Assembly (NCBI GenBank): GCA_964016885.1
Contig: OZ024755.1
Coordinates: 992,001 to 1,056,000, forward strand
Source of the DNA: Eledone cirrhosa
Lineage: Eukaryota
Direction of reading: 5' to 3'
DNA length: 64,000 nucleotides
Shown in pieces: positions 1-15,900 of this stretch. The notes below the pieces were generated by a model. The model was not told the origin of the DNA. It did not search any database and saw only the letters and a list, made by a program, of their open reading frames with translations. How positions within the stretch are numbered: position 1 is the stretch's first letter; every line of letters starts with the position of its first letter. The position numbers were made by a program, and so were the translations under genes.

Positions 1-281
1 ATATATATGTATATATATATATATGTATGTATATATATATATGTATATATATATGTATATATATATGTATATATATATATGTATATATATATATGTATAT
101 ATATATATATGTATATATATATATGTATATATATATATGTATATATATGTATGTATATATATATGTATATATATATATGTATATATATGTATATATATAT
201 GTATATATATATGTATATATATGTATATGTATATATATGTATATATGTATATGTATGTATATATATGTATGTTTATGTATG

Positions 282-314
<33 letters not shown>

Positions 315-402
315 GTATATATATATATGTATATATATATGTATATTTGTATATGTATATATGTATATATGTATATGTATATGTGTATATGTATATATAT
401 AT

Positions 403-434
<32 letters not shown>

Positions 435-483
435 GTATATGTATATATATATGTATATATATATATATATATGTATGTATATG

Positions 484-522
<39 letters not shown>

Positions 523-526
523 GTGT

Positions 527-560
<34 letters not shown>

Positions 561-597
561 ATATGTGTGTATATATATGTATATGTATATATATATG

Positions 598-682
<85 letters not shown>

Positions 683-693
683 GTATATATATG

Positions 694-726
<33 letters not shown>

Positions 727-1077
727 GTATATATGTATATATATATATATGTATGTATATATATATATATGTATATGTGTATATGTATATATATATATGT
801 ATATATATATATGTATATATATATATGTATATATATATATGTATATGTATATATGTATATATATATGTATATATATATATGTATATATATATATGTATAT
901 GTATATATGTATATATATATGTATATGTATATATATATGTATATGTATATATGTATATATATGTATATGTATATATGTATATATATGTATATGTGTATAT
1001 ATGTATATATATGTATATGTATATATATGTATATGTATATATATGTATATATATATATATGTATATGTATATATATG

Positions 1078-1126
<49 letters not shown>

Positions 1127-1130
1127 GTAT

Positions 1131-1181
<51 letters not shown>

Positions 1182-1336
1182 GTATATATATTGTATATAT
1201 ATATGTATATATGTATATGTATGTATATATATATATGTATATGTATGTATATATATATATGTATATGTATATATATATGTATGTATATATATATATGTAT
1301 ATGTATGTATATATATATATGTATATGTATGTATAT

Positions 1337-1386
<50 letters not shown>

Positions 1387-1467
1387 GTATATATATATAT
1401 GTATATGTATATATATATATGTGTATGTATATATATATATGTGTATGTATATATATGTATGTATATG

Positions 1468-1530
<63 letters not shown>

Positions 1531-1631
1531 GTATATGTATATGTATATATATATGTATATGTATATGTATATGTATATATATATGTATATGTATATATAT
1601 ATGTATATGTATGTATATATATATATGTATA
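1..1631. repeat. (TA)n/(TATG)n compound microsatellite
   Basis: Almost pure TA with interspersed TG. It causes the spurious IYIY ORFs. Confidence 0.98.
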
Positions 1632-2730
1632 TCATTGACTTTAGGAAGGCCTTTGATTCTGTGGACTGTTACTGCCTGATGAAGATCTTACAGGCTTATG
1701 GAATCCCCAAGAGGATAGTGGACCTGATATCACTGCTCTACACCAACACCAAAGCCCAAGTCATTACACCTGATGGGATGACAGAGTTCTTTGAGATACT
1801 GGCTGGAGTGCTCCAGGGAGATACATTGGCTCCCTACCTTTTTATCATCGTAGTCGACTATTGTATGCGCCTTGCACTGGAGAAACACCAGGACTCTGGC
1901 TTTACTGTAGCACCGGCTCAGAGCAGGAGAGTTAGGGCGAAAAAGGTATCGGATGCTGAGTTTGCCGACGACATAGTTTTGGTGACAAATACAGTGAAGG
2001 AGGCAGAGGATTTGATGCGGGAGGTTGAGACTGTGTCGATGAGTGTGGGGCTGAGAATGAATGAGACTAAAACAAAATATCTGGTAGAGAATGTTGAGAA
2101 GCCAGAGGGGATCACTAATGTAGGCGGGAAGCCGCTGGAATTGGTTGAGGACTTCCTATAATTGGGAGCAAAGATTGGGAATACGGAAGATGATGTAGTT
2201 GAGAGGAAGAGCAAGGCCTGGGCGGCGTGCCACAGCTTGTGATCGGTGTGGAAGTCGGACCTTCGTAGAGACCTGAAAATCCGCCTCTTCATTGCTGTAG
2301 TGGAGTCTGTGCTGCTGTATGGGTCTGAGACTTGGACACTGACCAAGAAACTCACTCAGATGGTGGATGGGTGCTACACGAGAATGCTGAGGATGGCTCT
2401 GAACAGTAATCGGTATACACTGAGGATGAAAAACTCAGAGCTGTATGGGAGCATCCCAAAGGTCAGCTCAAAAGTGACACAGAGGAGACTGAGGTTGGCT
2501 GGACATGCTCACCGACATCCAGAGTTGACATTGCACTCAGTGCTCCTTTGGGAGCCCCTACATGGACACACTAGAAGAGGAAGACCAAGGTTAACATATG
2601 TTGATGCCCTAAGGACAGACACTGGTCTGTTGGAGATGCAGGATATGGCAGCGATAATGAGGGACAGAGACCGCTGGAGAGAACTCGTCCATGGATCTCG
2701 GGAATTTTACCCGCCTTAGATAGATAGATA
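1632..2730 (+). mobile_element. 5'-truncated RTE-clade non-LTR retrotransposon (RT C-terminal half, pseudogenised)
   Basis: The translation contains [35 protein letters not shown] and RRLRLAGH in one frame. Premature stops are TAA 2159-2161 and TGA 2240-2242. It ends in a (TAGA)n tail and is flanked by TA repeats. Confidence 0.93.
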
Positions 2731-3042
2731 TATATGTATATATGTATATATATGTGTATATATATATATGTATATATATGTATGTATATGTATATATATA
2801 TGTGTATATATATATGTGTATATATATATATGTATATATATATGTGTATATATGTATATATATGTATATATATGTATATATATGTGTATATGTATATGTA
2901 TATATATTAGAAAGTGAGGTTTTTTTTACAAATTGAAAAATAATCGAGGTGTCCTACATGAGTGAAAGTATAAAGAAAAAGAGATGAAATCGAAAATGCA
3001 ACTGGAGTCTTATTTTTTTTTTAAATATATATTTATTTGGTT

Positions 3043-3080
3043 CCTTTACCGGTTTCGCAGTTCTTCTGCTTTTCAAAAGG
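3043..3080 (-). ncRNA. Minimal type-I hammerhead ribozyme motif (U3-A8 variant)
   Basis: Minus strand reads CCTT-TTGAAAA-GCAG(AAGAA)CTGC-GAAAC-CG-GTA-AAGG. Stems I and II pair, stem/loop III is the palindrome ACCGGT, and the cleavage triplet is GUA. Confidence 0.75.
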
Positions 3081-3154
3081 TGAGTTGAGATGGAGGGTCT
3101 GTGGTTTTTCTCACATCTGTATATATATATGTATTTATATATATATGTATATGT

Positions 3155-3202
<48 letters not shown>

Positions 3203-3205
3203 GTA

Positions 3206-3755
3206 TAAGAGGAATCAAATGCTGTGTGCAGGAGAGGCGTTTGCGTTGGTATGGACATGTGATGCGTATGAAGGATGACAGCTGCATAAAAAGGTGCAGA
3301 GCACTAGAAGTCGATGGAAACCGCGAAGTGGGGAGACCCAAGATGACCTGGGATGAGGTGACCTTACCCAATTACACCTCTCAAAGGCGATGACACACGA
3401 CCGTGACCTCTGGCGTCACGCAGTAATACAGAGTACCCGACCTCCCATGGGTACAAGCTGAAGCATATAGACAATATGCGCCCCCCCCCCCCACTGCAAG
3501 GGAGGTGCCACGGCAAAAAAGCACCCAGCCCACACTGTAAAGTGGACGTGTAGGCGCCACGAAAAAGCACCCAGCACTCACTGTAAATGAGGTTGGTGTT
3601 AGGAAGGGCATCCAGCTGTAGAAATCAAGTCAAATCAGTTCCTGTATGAGCAAGGCATGGTCAGCCGACCAGACACTGCCCACAACAGGACAACCCGTCT
3701 AACCCATGCTAGCGTGGAAGAACGGACGTAAAACGGTGATGATCATGATGATGAT
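3206..3755 (+). mobile_element. 3' fragment of an RTE/BovB-like LINE including 3' UTR and (ATG)n tail
   Basis: Encodes RRLRWYGHVMRM...GRPKMTW. Closely similar to the reverse complement of 38595-38990. Confidence 0.85.
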
Positions 3756-3935
3756 ATATATATATATATATATACACATATATATATATATATACTCATA
3801 TATATATATATATATACACACATACATATATATATATGACCCTCCCAAAGTATAACAATATATATATATACACATATATATATATATACACACACATATA
3901 TATATATATATACACATATATATATATATATACAC

Positions 3936-4010
<75 letters not shown>

Positions 4011-4037
4011 TATATCTACACATATATATATATACAC

Positions 4038-4114
<77 letters not shown>

Positions 4115-4199
4115 TATATCTACACATATATATATATATGTATATGTATATGTGTATATATGTATATGTATATATATGTATATATATATATATGTATAT

Positions 4200-4233
<34 letters not shown>

Positions 4234-4350
4234 GTATATGTATATATATGTATATGTATATATATGTATATGTATATATATGTATATATATGTATATGTA
4301 TATATATGTATATATATGTATATGTATATATATGTATTTATATATATATG

Positions 4351-4387
<37 letters not shown>

Positions 4388-4404
4388 GTATATGTATATA
4401 TATG

Positions 4405-4437
<33 letters not shown>

Positions 4438-4670
4438 GTATACATGTATATGTATATATGTGTATATGTATATGTGTATATATATATATATGTATATATA
4501 TATATGGAGGCACATGGCTTAGTGGTTGTGAGTTCAATTCTCAGACCGGGTGATGTGTTGTATATATATACATATACATATATATAGATATATATACATT
4601 TATATATACATATATATAGATATATATACATATATGTAGATATATATACATATATATATATATATAAAGA
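3756..4670. repeat. (TA)n microsatellite with a CA-to-TG polarity switch near 4130; contains a SINE head fragment at 4505-4561
   Basis: Direct inspection. Confidence 0.93.
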
Positions 4671-4777
4671 ATTAATATATCTACCGACATATGTATACAG
4701 ATGCATACCTATGCTAGCAGATATATATGTTTTGTCTTAGTAACTTTGTAGTTCTATGCAGGGGAATGCAGAACAAT

Positions 4778-5174
4778 TATATGAAAGACGTAAATAAGAA
4801 AGTTATGAAAATTGACTTACTTACTAAAATTTCACTCCAACTAATTAGTTTCTGTAAGGGGATAAATACAGTTATGTAATACCTGTAGAGAAGCCTTACG
4901 TCATCAGGGAATCTATTCTCAGCTAAGTTTTCAGGCAATGCGGGGACACTGGAAACTTATATAACAATAATTCAGTGGATGGAAAAAAGCGAAAAAAGTG
5001 AGCGTGGCTAGATTCCAATAGACTCCCTGATTCCAATAGACTCCCTGATGACGTAAGGCTTCTCTACAGGTATTACATAACTGTATTTATCCCCTTACAG
5101 AAACTAATTAGTTGGAGTGAAATTTTAGTAAGTAAGTCAATTTTCATAACTTTCTTATTTACGTCTTTCATATA
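4778..5174. repeat. Inverted repeat (about 140-bp arms, 117-bp spacer), each arm carrying a hammerhead motif
   Basis: 4778-4917 is the reverse complement of 5035-5174, with one mismatch seen. Confidence 0.93.
5040..5118 (+). ncRNA. Type-I hammerhead ribozyme motif (mirror copy at 4834-4912 on minus)
   Basis: Reads ACTCC-CTGATGA-C-GTAAGG...CCTTAC-A-GAAAC-TAATTA-GTT-GGAGT. Stem/loop III is the palindrome AACTAATTAGTT. Confidence 0.8.
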
Positions 5175-6428
<1,254 letters not shown>

Positions 6429-6429
<1 letters not shown>

Positions 6430-6735
6430 GGAGGCACATGGCTTAGTGGTTGTGAGTTCAATTCTCAGACCGGGTGATGTGTTGTTTCCTTGAGCAAGAC
6501 ACTTTATTTCACATTGCTCCAGTTTACTCAGCTGTAGAAATGAGATGATAGGGACGGGGGTCCCTATCATTCCACTGCAAAGTGGTAGTTGAGGTGCCAC
6601 GGAAAAAAAGCACCCAGCACTCACTGTAAATGAGGTTGGTGTTAGGAAGGGCATCCAGCTGTAGAAATCAAGTCAGAATCAGTTCCCGTCCCACCCTTGC
6701 AAGCAGGGAAAATGCAGACGTGAAATGAAAATGAT
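6429..6735 (+). mobile_element. tRNA-derived SINE, family A (CORE-like centre, RTE-derived tail), with an internal deletion in the tRNA head
   Basis: A box TGGCTTAGTGG, B box GAGTTCAATTC and core CCTTGAGCAAGACACTT are present. The tail TTGGTGTTAGGAAGGGCATCCAGC is shared with the LINE 3' UTR. Confidence 0.85.
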
Positions 6736-6819
6736 ATATATATACAAACACATCACATATATATGTGAGTGTTTGGGCATCCTTCATATAGAGTGCTATT
6801 ATATATATACATATATATG

Positions 6820-6873
<54 letters not shown>

Positions 6874-7232
6874 AACATACATTTATATGTGTTTTGGGGG
6901 ATCCTTTGTATAGTGCTATTATATATATTCATTCATATATGCACACACATGGACATATATATATATATATAAACATACGCACATACACACACACACACAT
7001 ATATATTTGGAAAAAAGGGAAAAGAATGACTTCTCTGGTGGTTGGTGTTCTTTAATAATTCAAATCTTTGCAGTAAGTTGTTATACTTATATTACTCTAT
7101 TACAAGTTCCAGAAGACAGGCTAAGGCCATGCTGGGGCACTGCCATATATAAATATATGAATTATTAAAGCACACCAACCACTAGTGAAGTCATTCTTCT
7201 CTCTTTTTACTTCATTTTCCACTATATATATA

Positions 7233-7267
<35 letters not shown>

Positions 7268-9023
7268 GTGTATATATATACACATATATATGTGTATGTA
7301 TATATGTGTGTATATATATGTATGTGTATGTATATATATATGTGTGTATGTATGTATATATGTGTGTATGTATGTATATATATATATATGTGTGTGTGTA
7401 TATATATATATGTATCTGTACGTATGTATATATATATACATATATATATGTGTGTATATGTATGTATATATATATATGTATGTGTTACCCAGATAGCTTT
7501 ATACTCTCTATATGGTTTCAATATTGTAAAATGTCGCAATCAGCTCAAATAATACCAAAAAGTTTAGAATTCTTAACTTTGGTGTTGTTGTTCTATTGGA
7601 CATAATCTTTTGATTATATTCAGAAGTAGTTGAATAATTTAAATATTGCTTTTTATAGCTAATATTCTATAAATAAAAGGGGATTTTTTTTTTGGTGGGG
7701 AGATTGTGTTTTTTGGGAGGTGGCGAGGACAATTTTTTTATTTAAAATTTAATTTTTAAACAGATTTGTCTACAATGCTGAGGTGTATTTAGCTTTCTGA
7801 TGTGTTCATTTACTGTTATATCAATTTGCAATGTTAAATCAATTTATTTAAAAACATATTTAGTAGAATAATGTATTGCAAACCCGTCCAACCCATGCCA
7901 ATATGGAAAAAGATTAAAAAAAAAACAACTTTTAAAATGATGGTTTGTGGTAAATATACAGTAAGTAGTATTGGTAAAAAGCTAAGAGTTAATCTAGTTT
8001 GGTTTTTAGTTATAAATATTAATATATTAATATTAACATTAACCAAATGTTCTACAAATTACTCATCACTACATTTCTAAAATAAAATTTATTCTAATAA
8101 AAAGAAAAAAAAAATGATAATCTCCCAGTTCATGATTATTTTCCCTAACTTGCATGTCTGTTGATATTTAGTTCTAAACGGAGTTCCATTGGCTACAAAC
8201 TCTAATAAAACATTGGTGGGTTTCAGGGGTAAATGAAAAATAAATTAAAAAAATTAGTCAAAAAATTATATCTAAACTATTATTGTCCCTTCCGTTACAT
8301 ATAATAATTTGATCATTAAAAATTTATATATACATATATAAAACAAATATATATGAAGAACTTAAATCATGGTATGAACTGTGTTAATATTTCAAGACCT
8401 ACCCACTGCCTCCAATATAGTTCTATGGGGAGAGACATCTGATATTTGCTATATTTGTAGTAAAGATATTGTACAATAGCAATAACAGGGGATTAATATC
8501 CTCAAACCAGGTTTCTAAGAAAAAAAAACCTTTTTTCATTAAATGTGGAAGAAAACAAAAAAAAAATGCTTGTTGCAATGTTAGCGAATCTGTGAAAAAA
8601 AAAAAGGGTGTGGGGGGTGAGTGTCTAATGCACAAATAAATATTGCATTTGTTTTATCCCAGAGGCCAGTTGCATTCCAAATATTTCTATTATTATTATT
8701 ATTATTATTTTAACTGTTCCTAGTAGATGAACATAATCTTGTTATGGTGCAATATTAAATTATTTGCACATTTCAAACTGTTGCAGTCTTGCTCTGTCCC
8801 CTCTCCACCCCCAATCTGTATTGATTCCAAGAAATATTTAGAAAGCTATTAACTTTTAAACATGGAGATGACAAATGCAAGTATATATATTTTTTTTTAA
8901 TAAAAAAAAAAGATTTTATTCCATGGACACACGAAAAAAAAAAAAAAAAAAAAAAAAAGAATCTTTCATACAATATAATAATCAATGGTAGGCAACTAAC
9001 AGGTGAAAAGGTGAGGGGAAGAG

Positions 9024-9059
<36 letters not shown>

Positions 9060-9569
9060 TGTTGATGTAAAAGTCATTACCTTTCCCCACCTCGACATCT
9101 TTTTCTTTCCCAAATTAGTCTTTCTTAACAATTCTACTTGATTTGTTTCTGTATTAAGAAGCTATTGATCACTATTGATGTGCCTGCTGTCAATATCCCT
9201 TAGGATGCCTCTTAGTGGTATATGTTCTAGCATATCATCCCCACTCCCCACTTATTGATTACCCCCTCCCATTTTCCCTCCCTTCTCTTCCTCTCCATTA
9301 TTTTCTCTGTGGGGTTAATTATTTTTTAATGGAAAAAGTAATTGTAACCAATAAAACAAAATTGAACTCTAAACTGTGTTGTATATTTTGCTGTGTTAAA
9401 TTACATATTTCTAACTTTAATTTCATGTATCTATTTCTATATTACACATTAGTCTAAGATATTTAGTTCATGTCTTTCATGATAGAATTTATTATCATTA
9501 CATATCAACCAGCTTGAAATCCAAGGTTCTATGATACAAAACTGTATATACATATATATATCATCATTA

Positions 9570-9912
9570 TCATCATCATCATCATCATCATTTTACGTCC
9601 GCATTTTCCCTGCTTGCAAGGGTGGGACGGGAACTGATTCTGGCTTGATTTCTACAGCTGGATGCCCTTCTTAACACCAACCTCATTTACAGTGACTGCT
9701 GGGTGCTTTTTTTGCCGTGGCACCTACACGACCACTTTTGCAGTGGAATGATAGGGACCCCAGTCCCTATCATCTCATTTCTACAGCTGAGTAAACTGGA
9801 GCAATGTGAAATAAAGTGTCTTGCTCAAGGAAACAACACATCACCTGAGAATTGAACTCACAACCTTTCGATTGCAAGGCCAATGCTCTAACCACTAAGC
9901 CATGTGCCTCCA
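9570..9912 (-). mobile_element. tRNA-derived SINE, family A, near full length
   Basis: Reverse complement of 6429-6730 with an intact tRNA-like head and an (ATG)n tail. Confidence 0.87.
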
Positions 9913-9978
9913 TGAGGTATATATTCAAAGGTATATATTCAGTTAGAAACCCAAAATAGTCTCTTACAATAAAATAGC

Positions 9979-12900
9979 TGTCATTTTAGTCATTTACGAT
10001 GCCGTTTTAACCATTTTAGCATCATATTAGTTATTTATGATGCTGCTTTAGCAAATTCGGTGTCATTTTACTCATTTTAACAATTTTAGTGTCATTTTAG
10101 CCATTTAAGGTGTCATTTGAGCAATTTTAGAGTCATTTTAGTACTTTAAGATGCAGTTTTAGCAATTTTAGTGTCGTTTTAGTCATTTATGATGCCGTTT
10201 TAGCCATTTTAGTGTCATTTTAGTCATTTAGGATGCCGTTTTAGCCAATTTAGAGCCATTTTCGTCATTTCTGATGCCATTTTAGTGATTTATGATGCCC
10301 TTTTAGCCATTTGAGTATCATTTTAGTGATTTATGATGCCGTTTTAGCCATTTTAGTGTCATTTTACTCATTTATGATGCCGCTTTATCCATTTTAGTGT
10401 GATTTTAGTCATTTATGGTCCCGTTTTAGCCATTTTAGAGTTATTTTAGTCATTTATGATGCCGTTTTAGCCATTTTAGAGTCATTTTAGTCATTTATGA
10501 TGCTGTTTTAGTCATTTTAGTCATTTATGATGCCATTTTAGATTCATTTTAATACTTTATGATGGCGTTTTAGCTATTTTAGTGTCATCTTAGTCATTTA
10601 TGATTGCGTTATAGCGATTCTAGAGTAAATTTCAGTCATTTATGATGCCGTTTTAGCCATTTTAGTGTCATTTTAGTCATTTATGATCCCGTTATACCCA
10701 TTTTAGAGCCATTTTTGTATTTTATGATGCCGTTTTCAGCCATTTTACTCATTTATGATGCAGTTTTGGCCATTTTAGTGTCATTTTCTTCATTTATGAT
10801 GCAGTTTTTCCAATTTTAGAGTCATTTTAGTCATTTATGATGCCATTTTACAGTCATTTTAGTGATTTATGATGCCGCTTTAGCCATTTGAGTATCATTT
10901 TAGTGATTTATGATGCCGTTTTAGCCGTTTTAGTCATTCATGATGCCGTTTTAGCCATTTTAGAATCATTTTACTCATTTATGATGTTTTAGTGTCATTT
11001 TAGTCATTTATGACGCCATTTTAGCAATTTTAGTGTCACTTTAGTAATTTAGGATGCCGTTTTAGCCATTTTAGAGTCATTTTAATACTTTATGATACCG
11101 TTTTAGCCATTTTAGTCATTTATAATTCCGTTTTAACCATCCTAGAGTCATTTTAGTCATTTCTGATGCCGTTTTAGCCATTTTAGTGATTTATGATGCC
11201 GTTTTAGCCATTTGTGTATCATTTAGGTGATTTATGATAACGTTTTAGCCATTTTAGTGTCATTTTAGTCATTTATGATGCCGCTTTAGCCATTTTAGAT
11301 CATTTTAGTCATTTATGGTCCCGTTTTAGCCACTTTAGTGTCATTTTAATCATTTATGATGCCATTTTAGTGTCATTTTCTTCATTTATGAGGCAGTTTT
11401 AACCATTTTAGAGTTATTTTAGTCATTTATGATACCGTTTTAGCCATGTTAGTCATTTATGATGCCGTTTTAGCCATTTTAGAGTCATTTTAGTCATTTA
11501 TGATGCCGTTTAATCTATTATAGAGTCATGTTAGTCATTCATGATGCAGTTTTAGCAATTTATTGTCATTTTCTTCATTTATGATGCTGTTTTAGCCATT
11601 TTAGAGTGATTTTAGTCATTCATGATGCCGTTTTAGCCATTTTAGTCATTCATGATGCCATTTTAGCCATTTGAGTGATATTTTAGTGATTTATGATGCC
11701 GCTTTAGCCATTTTGGTGTCATTTTAGTCATTCATGGTGTCGTTTTAGCCATTTTAGAGTCATTTATAATGCCGTTTTAGCCAGTTTAGTCATTTATGAT
11801 GCCGTTTTCGCCATTCTACAGTCCTTTTAGTCATTTCTGATGCCGTTTTAGCAATTTCAGTGATTTATGATGCAGTTTTAGCCATTTGAGTATCATTTTA
11901 GTGATTTATGATGCCGTTTGAGCCATTTTAGTGTCATTTTAGTCATTTATGATGCCGCTTTAGCCATTTTAGTGTCATTTTAGTCATTTATGGTCCCTTT
12001 TTAGCCATTTTAGAGTCATTTTAGTAATTCATGATGCGGTTTTAGCCATTTGACAGTCATTTTCGTGATTTATGATGCCGTTTTAGCCATTTTAGAGTCA
12101 TTTTAGTAATTCATGATGCCGTTTTAGCCATTTTAGTCATTTATGATGGCGCTTTAGACATTTGAGAGTCATGTTAGTACTTTATGATGCCGTTTTAGCC
12201 ATGTTCGTGTCTTTTAGTCATTTATGATGCCGTTTTAGCTATTTTAGAGTCATTTTAGTCATTTATGATGCCATTTTAGCCAATTTAGTGTCATTTTAGT
12301 TATTTATGATGGCGTTTTAGCCATTTTTGTCATTTATGATACAGTTTTAGCCATTTTAGTGTCATTTTCTTCATTTATGATACTGTTTTAGCCATTTTAG
12401 AGTGATTTTAGTCATTAATGATGCGGTTTTAGCCATTTGACAGTAGTTTTCGTGATTTATGATGCCGTTTTAGCCATTTTAGAGTCATTTTAGTCATTCA
12501 TGATGCCGTTTTAGTCATTTATGATGGCGTTTTAGACATTTTAGAGTCGTTTTAGTACTTTATGATGCCGTTTTAGCCATTTTCGTGTCTTTTAGTCATT
12601 TATGATGCCGTTTTACCTATTTTAGAGTCATTTTAGTATTTTATAATGCCGTTTTAGCTATTTTAGTGTCATTTTAGTCAATTATGATGCCGTTTCAGCA
12701 ATTCTAGTGTCATTTTAGTCATTTATGATGCAGTTTTAGCCATTTTATTGTCATTTTCTTCATTTATGATGCAGTTTTAGCCATTTGACAGTCACTTTAG
12801 TCATTTCTGAGCCCGTTTTAGCTATTTTAGAGTCATTTTAGTCATTTCTGAGCCCATTTCAGCCATTTTAATGTCATTTTAGTCATTTATGATCTCGTTT

Positions 12901-15900
12901 GAGCCATTTTAGAATCATTTTAGTACTTTATGATGCCGGTTTAGCCATTTTAGACATTCATGATACCGTTTCAGCCATTCAAGAGTCATTTTAGTCATTT
13001 CTGATGCCGTTTTAGCCATTTTAGTGATTTATGATACCGTTTTAGCCATTTTACTGTCATTTTAGACATTTATGATGCCGCTTTAGCCATTTTAGATCAT
13101 TTTAGTCATTTATGGTCCCGTTTTAGACATTTTAGAGTCATTTTAGTCATTCATGATGCTGTTTAAGCCATTCTAGAGTCATTTTAGTACTTTATGATGC
13201 CGGTTTAGCCATTTTAGACATTTATGATGCCGTTTTAGCCATTCAAGAGTCATTTTAGTCATTTCTGATGCCGTTTTAGCCATTTTAGTGATTTATGATA
13301 CCGTTTTAGCCATTTTACTGTCATTTTAGACATTTATGATGCCGCTTTAGCCATTTTAGATCATTTTAGTCATTCATGATGCCGTTTTAGCCATTTCAGT
13401 CATTTATGATGCCATTTTAGCCATTTGAGTGATATTTTAGTGATTTATGATGCCATTTTAGAGTCATTTTAGTACTTTATGATGCCGTTTTAGCCATTTT
13501 AGTGTCTTTTAGTCATTTATGATGCTGTTTTAGCTATTTTAGAGTCATTTTAGTAATTTATGATGCCGTTTTAGCTATTTTAGTGTCATTTTAGTACTTT
13601 ATGATGCCGGTTTAGCGAGTTTAGTCATTTATGATGCCGTTTTAGCCATTCTACAGTCCTTTTAGTCATTTCTGATGCCATTTTAGCAATTTTAGTGATT
13701 TATGATACAGTTTTAGACATTTGAGTATCATTTTAGTGATTTATGATGCCGTTTGAGCCATTTTAGTGTCATTTTAGTCATTTATGATGCCGCTTTAGCC
13801 ATTTTAGTGTCATTTTAGTCATTTATGGTCCCTTTTTAGCCATTTTAGAGTCATTTTAGTAATTCATGATGCGGTTTTAGCCATTTGACAGTCATTTTCG
13901 TGATTTATGATGCCGTTTTAGCCATTTTAGAGTCATTTTAGTAATTCATGATGCCGTTTTAGCCATTTTAGTCATTTATGATGGCGCTTTAGACATTTGA
14001 GAGTCATGTTAGTACTTTATGATGCCGTTTTAGCCATGTTCGTGTCTTTTAGTCATTTATGATGCCGTTTTAGCTATTTTAGAGTCATTTTAGTCATTTA
14101 TGATGCCATTTTAGCCAATTTAGTGTCATTTTAGTTATTTATGATGGCGTTTTAGCCATTTTTGTCATTTATGATACAGTTTTAGCCATTTTAGTGTCAT
14201 TTTCTTCATTTATGATACTGTTTTAGCCATTTTAGAGTGATTTTAGTCATTAATGATGCGGTTTTAGCCATTTGACAGTAGTTTTCGTGATTTATGATGC
14301 CGTTTTAGCCATTTTAGAGTCATTTTAGTCATTCATGATGCCGTTTTAGTCATTTATGATGGCGTTTTAGACATTTTAGAGTCGTTTTAGTACTTTATGA
14401 TGCCGTTTTAGCCATTTTCGTGTCTTTTAGTCATTTATGATGCCGTTTTACCTATTTTAGAGTCATCTTAGTATTTTATAATGCCGTTTTAGCTATTTTA
14501 GTGTCATTTTAGTCAATTATGATGCCGTTTCAGCAATTCTAGTGTCATTTTAGTCATTTATGATGCAGTTTTAGCCATTTTATTGTCATTTTCTTCATTT
14601 ATGATGCAGTTTTAGCCATTTGACAGTCACTTTAGTCATTTCTGAGCCCGTTTTAGCTATTTTAGAGTCATTTTAGTCATTTCTGAGCCCATTTCAGCCA
14701 TTTTAATGTCATTTTAGTCATTTATGATCTCGTTTGAGCCATTTTAGAATCATTTTAGTACTTTATGATGCCGGTTTAGCCATTTTAGACATTTATGATG
14801 CCGTTTTAGCCATTCAAGAGTCATTTTAGTCATTTCTGATGCCGTTTTAGCCATTTTAGTGATTTATGATACCGTTTTAGCCATTTTACTGTCATTTTAG
14901 ACATCTATGATGCCGCTTTAGCCATTTTAGATCATTTTAGTCATTCATGATGCCGTTTTAGCCATTTCAGTCATTTATGATGCCATTTTAGCCATTTGAG
15001 TGATATTTTAGTGATTTATGATGCCATTTTAGAGTCATTTTAGTACTTTATGATGCCGTTTTAGCCATTTTAGTGTCTTTTAGTCATTTATGATGCTGTT
15101 TTAGCTATTTTAGAGTCATTTTAGTAATTTATGATGCCGTTTTAGCTATTTTAGTGTCATTTTAGTACTTTATGATGCCGGTTTAGCGAGTTTAGTCATT
15201 TATGATGCCGTTTTAGCCATTCTACAGTCCTTTTAGTCATTTCTGATGCCATTTTAGCAATTTTAGTGATTTATGATACAGTTTTAGACATTTGAGTATC
15301 ATTTTAGTGATTTATGATGCCGTTTGAGCCGTTTTAGTGTCATTTTAGTCATTTATGATGCCGCTTTAGCCATTTTAGTGTCATTTTAGTCATTTATGGT
15401 CCCGCTTTAGCCATTTTAGAGTCATTTTAGTAATTCATGATGTGGTTTTAGCCATTTGACAGTCATTTTCGTGATTTATGATGCCGTTTTAGCCATTTTA
15501 GAGTCATTTTACTAATTCATGATGTTGTTTTAGCGATTTTAGTCATTTATGATGGCGTTTTAGACATTTGTGAGTCATTTTAGTACTTTATGATGCCGTT
15601 TTAGCTATTTTCGTGTCTTTTAGTCATTTATGATGCCGTTTTAGCTATTTTAGAGTCATTTTAGTAATTTATGATGCCATTTTAGCCAATTTAGTGTCAT
15701 TTTAGTTATTTATGATGGCGTTTTAGCCATTTTTGTCATTTATGATGCAGTTTTAGCCATTTTAGTGTCATTTTCTTCATTTATGATGCTGTTTTAGCCA
15801 TTTTAGAGTGATTTTAGTCATTAATGATGCGGTTTTTGCCACTTGACAGTAGTATTCGTGATTTATGATGCCGTTTTAGCCATTTTAGAGTCATTTTAGT

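Noticed and set aside
7500-7560. Possible minus-strand hammerhead (CTGATTG...GAAAC)
   Set aside because: The core is mismatched and stems I-III are not convincing.
9850-9912. tRNA gene (also the heads at about 42430-42500, 45687-45775 and 51105-51180)
   Set aside because: The A/B boxes run directly into SINE cores and no complete cloverleaf is evident.
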